From: Marinilabiliales bacterium
Lineage (GTDB): Bacteria; Bacteroidota; Bacteroidia; Bacteroidales; F082
Length of the DNA: 64,000 nt
Assembly (NCBI GenBank): GCA_002869315.1
Contig: PKTD01000107.1
Location: 7,910 to 71,909 of the forward strand
Reading direction: 5' to 3'
Shown: positions 59,197-64,000 of the stretch, one piece after another
Layout: each line of letters begins with the position of its first letter
Numbering within the stretch: position 1 is the first letter of the stretch
Made by a program: the position numbers and the translations under genes
The notes under the pieces: generated by a model
What the model was told of the DNA's origin: nothing
The model's input: the letters and a program-made list of their open reading frames with translations, nothing else
Databases searched by the model: none

Positions 59197-61655
59197 TACT
59201 CACCATTATCCTTCATTAAGTAAGCATAGTGTTTAACAAGCCTCAGGTCGTCATAAGTAATATCATCTCCAACTATTTTAAGGGCATCTCCCAATGGGAT
59301 ATCAATATCTTTTTTAAAAACCTCCATTATGGTTTTTACTTTGGTTTCGTCTACTAGTTCTGTGATTTCAATTCCCTTTCCAATATAGTTAGCAAGATGA
59401 CCGAGGATGGTAGAATAAACATAGCCTCTCTCATGGGCTATCTTTTCCACATCTTTGTATTCCTTCCATAAATTAAAACTTATTTCATGGGAGGGTATTT
59501 TAGGTTCCTTCTTTTTTTCTGGAATTGCCTCAGGTTTTTCAATTTTTAATTCATGATCTTCCGCAAAATCCTTAATTAACTGTAATAATTCATCTCCATA
59601 ATTGTCAATTTTTTTTCTTCCCAAGCCATGAATCATTTTAAGATCATCTGTGGTTTTGGGAACAAAATTACTTAAGGCTCGCATAGATTTTAAAGGAAGT
59701 ACCATATAATGACTCAAATTATTCTGTTTTGCTTTCTCGTCGCGCCACCTTTTTATAACTGCATAGAGATCAGGGTTATGGACTTCTTTTCCAGGACTTA
59801 TTTTTTTGCTTTTCTTCTTCTTACTTAGTTTTTCATCCATGGCGGCTATGGCTCTGCTTTTCAAATATTCTCTTACTATAAAACCATCAACACAGGATTC
59901 AAGGCATTTTGTTTTATAGTCTAGTTCTTCCTTAAAACTATTTTCAGCTTTGTTAATTTTTCCGGCAATTTCTTTATTGTCGGTTTCAACTGATATATTC
60001 TCAAACTCATTAACTATTGAGTTATTTATATGTTCCAAAAACCATTTTACCCCCTTTTTTATTCTTTGTTGAAAATCAGCATCACTTTCAATATTCTTAA
60101 CCTTAGCCATTAAATTATTTAACTGACGCTGAAATCTTTCCCCCACATCGTATATGTCTTTATTTAATCTGGTCTGGATTTTATCCAGAGTATCTGTTAA
60201 ACCAGGATTTAAGGATTTCTCATTTTCATATGTAAGTTTCCTAAACCATTGTAGGTGATTTCTTAGTTTTTTGAAATCGAATAAATCAATCAGCAGTTTA
60301 TTGGTGTAAGCAATTTTATATTTTTCCAGGCTCTCTTCATCGGGCTGATTTGCATTCGCCGTATCAGTAAAACTATCTATAGTATAATTCGATTTCAATG
60401 AATTTTCAGAAAAGGGAGTGCTCAGTACCAAACCTTCCAGTGAACGACATCGGCTTAAAGCCACATAAACCTGTCCGTGGGCAAAGGCCATTTCCGAATC
60501 TATAATTGCCTTGTCGAATGTGAGCCCCTGGCTTTTATGTATTGTAATAGCCCAGGCCAGTTTTAAGGGGATTTGCCTGAAAGTACCCTCTATATTTTCT
60601 TTAATTTCTTTGGTAGTTTCGTCGATAGTATATTTAATATTATCCCATAATAAACTACTAACTCCTATTTCAAAGTCATCATCCGGACATTTAACTGTTA
60701 TTTCATCATTGGAAATATGATTAATCACTCCAATTTTACCATTGAAAAACTTCTTGTCGGGTTCCGGATCATTTTTTACAAACATCACCTGCGAACCTTT
60801 TTTTAGTTTTAGTATTTCATCTGTGGGGTAATTATATTCTGAAAAGTTACCCGTTACTTCTGCCTTAAATGAAAAAGATTTTTCTTTGATTTCAGAAATT
60901 TTCTCATTATTAATTGATTGAGCACGAGCATTATGTGTTGTTAAAATAATATAGTTGTCCTCTTGCGATTTAAAGTCAGGTTTATATCTTTTATTAAGAA
61001 CTTCAAGAGTATTAAGATCTACTTGTTTATCGCGGATTTTGTTAAGTATATCCAAAAAATCCTCGTCTTTCTGACGGTAAACATGCTTTAGATTTATTGT
61101 TACGAAACTGGTTTTTTTCAGTGCCATACTGCTAAAGAAAAATGCAGTATCATAAAATTTCTGGAGTAAACTCCACTCATTATCTTTCACCACCGGAGGT
61201 AATTGCTGCATATCGCCAATCATTAGCATTTGAACGCCACCAAAAGGTTCATTACTTCTTCTGAACCGTCTCAATACTTCATCTATTCCATCCAGTAAGT
61301 CGGCTCTAACCATGCTAATTTCATCAATAATAAGAAGGTCGAGGCTTTTTATGATATTTCTTTTCTGAGCACTAAACTTCATAATTTTCTGTGCTTCAGA
61401 CTCTTTATGTCCGGGTATGATTGGTCCAAAAGGTAGTTGAAAGAATGAATGTATAGTTACCCCTCCTGCATTTATTGCTGCCACTCCGGTCGGGGCTACA
61501 ACTATCATTCTTTTGGGAAGCTTGTTTTTCAGGTTTTGCAGAAATGTGGTTTTACCGGTTCCAGCCTTTCCCGTAAGGAAAATATGCTTATCGGTAAATT
61601 GTACAAAATTATTTGCCAGTGTGAGTTCAGGGTTATTAATAGTATCTTTTTCCAA
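59196..61655 (-). CDS. PIF1/RecD-like superfamily 1 DNA helicase with C-terminal HRDC-like and helix-turn-helix regions
   Basis: 819 aa. Walker A GKAGTGKTT, Walker B LLIIDEISM, and the helicase C-terminal motif TIHKSQGLTFD...VALSRC. HRDC-like segment (LYAVIKRWRDEKAKQNNLSHYMVLPLKSMRALS...IHGLGRKKIDNYGDELLQLI). Confidence 0.8.
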   Translation of the reverse strand: MEKDTINNPELTLANNFVQFTDKHIFLTGKAGTGKTTFLQNLKNKLPKRMIVVAPTGVAAINAGGVTIHSFFQLPFGPIIPGHKESEAQKIMKFSAQKRNIIKSLDLLIIDEISMVRADLLDGIDEVLRRFRRSNEPFGGVQMLMIGDMQQLPPVVKDNEWSLLQKFYDTAFFFSSMALKKTSFVTINLKHVYRQKDEDFLDILNKIRDKQVDLNTLEVLNKRYKPDFKSQEDNYIILTTHNARAQSINNEKISEIKEKSFSFKAEVTGNFSEYNYPTDEILKLKKGSQVMFVKNDPEPDKKFFNGKIGVINHISNDEITVKCPDDDFEIGVSSLLWDNIKYTIDETTKEIKENIEGTFRQIPLKLAWAITIHKSQGLTFDKAIIDSEMAFAHGQVYVALSRCRSLEGLVLSTPFSENSLKSNYTIDSFTDTANANQPDEESLEKYKIAYTNKLLIDLFDFKKLRNHLQWFRKLTYENEKSLNPGLTDTLDKIQTRLNKDIYDVGERFQRQLNNLMAKVKNIESDADFQQRIKKGVKWFLEHINNSIVNEFENISVETDNKEIAGKINKAENSFKEELDYKTKCLESCVDGFIVREYLKSRAIAAMDEKLSKKKKSKKISPGKEVHNPDLYAVIKRWRDEKAKQNNLSHYMVLPLKSMRALSNFVPKTTDDLKMIHGLGRKKIDNYGDELLQLIKDFAEDHELKIEKPEAIPEKKKEPKIPSHEISFNLWKEYKDVEKIAHERGYVYSTILGHLANYIGKGIEITELVDETKVKTIMEVFKKDIDIPLGDALKIVGDDITYDDLRLVKHYAYLMKDNGE

Positions 61656-61727
61656 AATAAGAAGTTTTTAGTTTTGGTCAAAGATAATAAATCCTGAGGT
61701 GTTTTAGGAATTAAGAATTATAAAGAC

Positions 61728-62717
61728 TTACTCATTGTAGACCACAGTACTTACTACATGTCCTACCATTTTTAAAGTGTTTTTGTCAATTTTATCCATG
61801 GTATCACCACTGGTATGCCAATGTTCAAAAAAGGAACCATTCCCGGATTTTTTGTCTACATGAATGATATCAATAGAAGGTATATTTGCATATTTATTTA
61901 CCCATACATGATCATCAGTGAGAGGGTAACCCTGTCGATTTAAAAAGTAAGCCCCATAACCCAATTCTCCTGCATAACTCCATACCATATCCATCACAAA
62001 GCCGGCATACATTTCTGAAAACTGCTCTCTCAGGAATTGTGGATCTTTTGCTCCAACCATATCCAATAAAATTCCATATCTTGCTGTATAACCCATTTTA
62101 TGTGGATTTTTACTCCAATATTGTGAACCCAGACCCCAGTTTTCATCCTCATATATTTGCTTGTCGGATGGTGGACCCCAATCTTCAAGATCAAACAAAA
62201 CGATGTCTATTCCAATATCCGGCTTTTGATTTTGGAACATTCTTGCCATTTCCAGTAAAATGCCAACACCACTGGCACCATCATTGGCACCGTCTATGGG
62301 CTGATTATGCTTAGTTTCATCTTCATCATGATCGGCAAATGGCCTTGAATCCCAATGTGCCATTAATAAAACTCTGTTGGTGTAGGAAGGATTAAAGGAG
62401 GCAATAATATTTTTTCCATTACGGGTTACCTTATCATATGTTCTTGCTTTAAAAGCTTGTACAATAACAGTATCGGAATATTGATTTAACTTTTCAACCA
62501 GCCAATTAGCACATTCTTTATGTTCTTGTGTTCCAGGAACACGCGGACCAAAATCAACTTGTTTTTTTACAAAAAAATATGCTGAATCAGCATTGAATTC
62601 TGGAATGTTAACCAATTTTCTTTCCTTTTCCTTATTGTTTTTTGTGCTTTTGTTACCACCTCCGCATGATACTAGTATCATTGGGATAATTACAAAAAAT
62701 GCAAATATTTTTTTCAT
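61728..62717 (-). CDS. M28-family lipoprotein, glutaminyl-peptide cyclotransferase-like
   Basis: 329 aa. Lipobox ILVSCGG. Metal and active-site region MAHWDSRPFAD and GANDGASGVGILLEMAR...DLEDWG resemble animal-type glutaminyl cyclases, as in Porphyromonas. Confidence 0.7.
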   Translation of the reverse strand: MKKIFAFFVIIPMILVSCGGGNKSTKNNKEKERKLVNIPEFNADSAYFFVKKQVDFGPRVPGTQEHKECANWLVEKLNQYSDTVIVQAFKARTYDKVTRNGKNIIASFNPSYTNRVLLMAHWDSRPFADHDEDETKHNQPIDGANDGASGVGILLEMARMFQNQKPDIGIDIVLFDLEDWGPPSDKQIYEDENWGLGSQYWSKNPHKMGYTARYGILLDMVGAKDPQFLREQFSEMYAGFVMDMVWSYAGELGYGAYFLNRQGYPLTDDHVWVNKYANIPSIDIIHVDKKSGNGSFFEHWHTSGDTMDKIDKNTLKMVGHVVSTVVYNE

Positions 62718-62742
62718 CAGAATTTGTATTAAACTTTTGAAT

Positions 62743-63309
62743 TTAATTCAGCAATAGGCTGTCAATATTCTTTCTAATACGTTCTGCCTTTTCAGAATCA
62801 AGCATATCTTCAGGTAGTTCTTCAGGATTACCATAATAACCTATGGCAATAACTGAAACTACCGTATACTCATCGCTAATATTAAAAATTTCTGCTGCTT
62901 TTTTTGCATCAAAACCGGTCATCTGATGTCCGTACAAACCCTGATTAACAGTTTCTAAACTCATAAATGCTACAGCCTGCCCCAAATCATATTCATTGGT
63001 AGCATTTGGTTTATTATTGCGACTGAAATTATTTTTAGTAATATTTAGTATCAATACTCCTGCATTGCCCGCCCATTTCTGATTCCACTCAACTAATGTT
63101 GAAAGTATTTTATCATAGTTGCTATCACCTTTTTTACCTACAATAAATCTCCATGGTTGTTCATTAAAAGCAGAAGGAGCCCATCTTGCGGCCTCTAAAA
63201 TGCTATTTAATTTCTCATCTTCTACTTCCTTCGGACTATATGCTCTGTTACTCCACCTTTGCTCTATTAGTTTATTGACAGGGGAATTGTTTTTAGCCTT
63301 TTTAATCAT
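62743..63309 (-). CDS. nitroreductase family protein
   Basis: About 188 aa from the ATG at 63309 (the track start at 63345 is an extension). RWSNRAY and EQPWRFIV motifs. Confidence 0.8.
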   Translation of the reverse strand: MIKKAKNNSPVNKLIEQRWSNRAYSPKEVEDEKLNSILEAARWAPSAFNEQPWRFIVGKKGDSNYDKILSTLVEWNQKWAGNAGVLILNITKNNFSRNNKPNATNEYDLGQAVAFMSLETVNQGLYGHQMTGFDAKKAAEIFNISDEYTVVSVIAIGYYGNPEELPEDMLDSEKAERIRKNIDSLLLN

Positions 63310-63400
63310 ACAAACATTTTTTGCAAAATTAATCATAAATGGCAAAAGAGAATTCTTTAAGGCCGTGATAATCAGAAATTATGAAAATTTAACCAATAAT

Positions 63401-64000
63401 CTAAAAAATCATAGTGAAAGCAGCACCTTCGTCTTGCTTGGATCTGACACTTATGCTACCTTTATGCATCTGCATAATCTGTCGAGACAAACTCAACCCT
63501 ATGCCCGAACCAGTTTGTTTGGAAGTAAAAAATGGCATAAATATTTTATCCATTATATCGGGTTTTATGCCTTTTCAATTATCACTAATTTCTATGGTCA
63601 CCCTATTATTGAGGTTTACTGAAGCGGTAATGCTTATTTCAGGATTTTCAGAACCTTTAACGGCATCAATGGCATTTAGAAGCAGATTGATAATCACCTG
63701 ATCTATCAAATCGGGGTCGGCAAGTATTTTTAATTCGGAAGGTAATATTTTAGATTTTACTTTTACATTACACTCTTTTACATTTTTTGACAATAGTTCC
63801 AAGGCTCTGTCTATCATTTCTTTAACCTCAAAATATCTAAAGGTTGGTTTTGGAATTCGAGTAAGGTTTCTGTAAATCTCCACGAAATTCAGCAGACCTT
63901 TACTTCTCTTTTCGATGGTGTTTATGGCATGAGCTACATCATCCAGACTTTCTATATCTTCTTTTTTGCGTGGCGGATTGTTCTCACGAGTGTCCTGAAT
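63401..64000 (-). pseudogene. sensor histidine kinase (C-terminal catalytic part; 5' end off the right edge) interrupted by one in-frame TGA at 63575-63577
   Basis: The frame is open from 64000 down to the TAG at 63401-63403, apart from the TGA. The junction reads VTIEISDN*KGIKPD, against the invariant G1 box DNGxGI. Downstream are an F box (IFMPFFTSK) and a G2 box (GSGIGLSLSRQI). Confidence 0.8.

Noticed and set aside
30175-63577. Selenocysteine at the in-frame TGAs.
   Set aside because: All four TGAs align with conserved Gly, not Cys/Sec. None of the four families is a known selenoprotein. I see no convincing hairpin immediately 3' of the TGAs.
1-64000. tRNA, rRNA, CRISPR arrays, transposases, integrases, prophage genes or toxin-antitoxin/defence islands.
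   Set aside because: I saw no repeat-spacer periodicity, no T-loop/GTTCGAATC-like tRNA cores in the intergenic regions, and no ORF with recombinase, transposase or recognisable defence-system motifs. The PIF1/RecD-like helicase has housekeeping-type neighbours.

Overview
AT-rich chromosomal window from a Bacteroidota-type genome. The lineage call rests on two type IX secretion (T9SS) C-terminal sorting domains, TAnnTTTG -7 promoter boxes, a TonB-dependent receptor, and signal peptides that end in A/G followed by Q. I see about fifty genes and no rRNA, tRNA, CRISPR array, transposase, integrase or phage genes.

Content is dominated by acyl-CoA metabolism:
- fused isobutyryl-CoA mutase IcmF, followed by a butyrate-kinase-like gene start
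- a MarR-fadB-fadA-fadE-hotdog-fadD operon ending in a membrane HdrD/EtfD-like Fe-S oxidoreductase
- a biotin-dependent acyl-CoA carboxylase operon
- a crotonase / 3-hydroxyacyl-CoA dehydrogenase-like / thiolase-like trio
- an ElbB / FabK-like / butyryl-CoA dehydrogenase / etfBA block

The rest is housekeeping (nrdJ, trpS, hflX, lnt, corA, fba) plus envelope modules: T9SS cargo proteins, a PD40/Omp85-like outer-membrane protein, an ECF sigma/anti-sigma cluster, and a TonB-dependent receptor with an HMA-domain protein and a Cys-rich protein.

The most unusual signal is not a gene cluster. Six otherwise intact, indel-free genes each carry exactly one in-frame stop: TGA four times and TAA twice. 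All four TGAs fall where a conserved Gly is expected, and at least one TAA falls where a conserved Glu is expected. Every event is explainable as a coding-strand G->T change at codon position 1, and conserved coding sequence continues in the same frame after each stop. I cannot tell from sequence alone whether this is a G->T error or damage signature, a mutator lineage, or sparse stop-codon recoding (UGA read as Gly). A Gly->Cys change (GGT->TGT) in an invariant motif and a possible ATG->ATT start loss favour the mutational or error explanation. No novel multi-gene system is demonstrable from the sequence alone.
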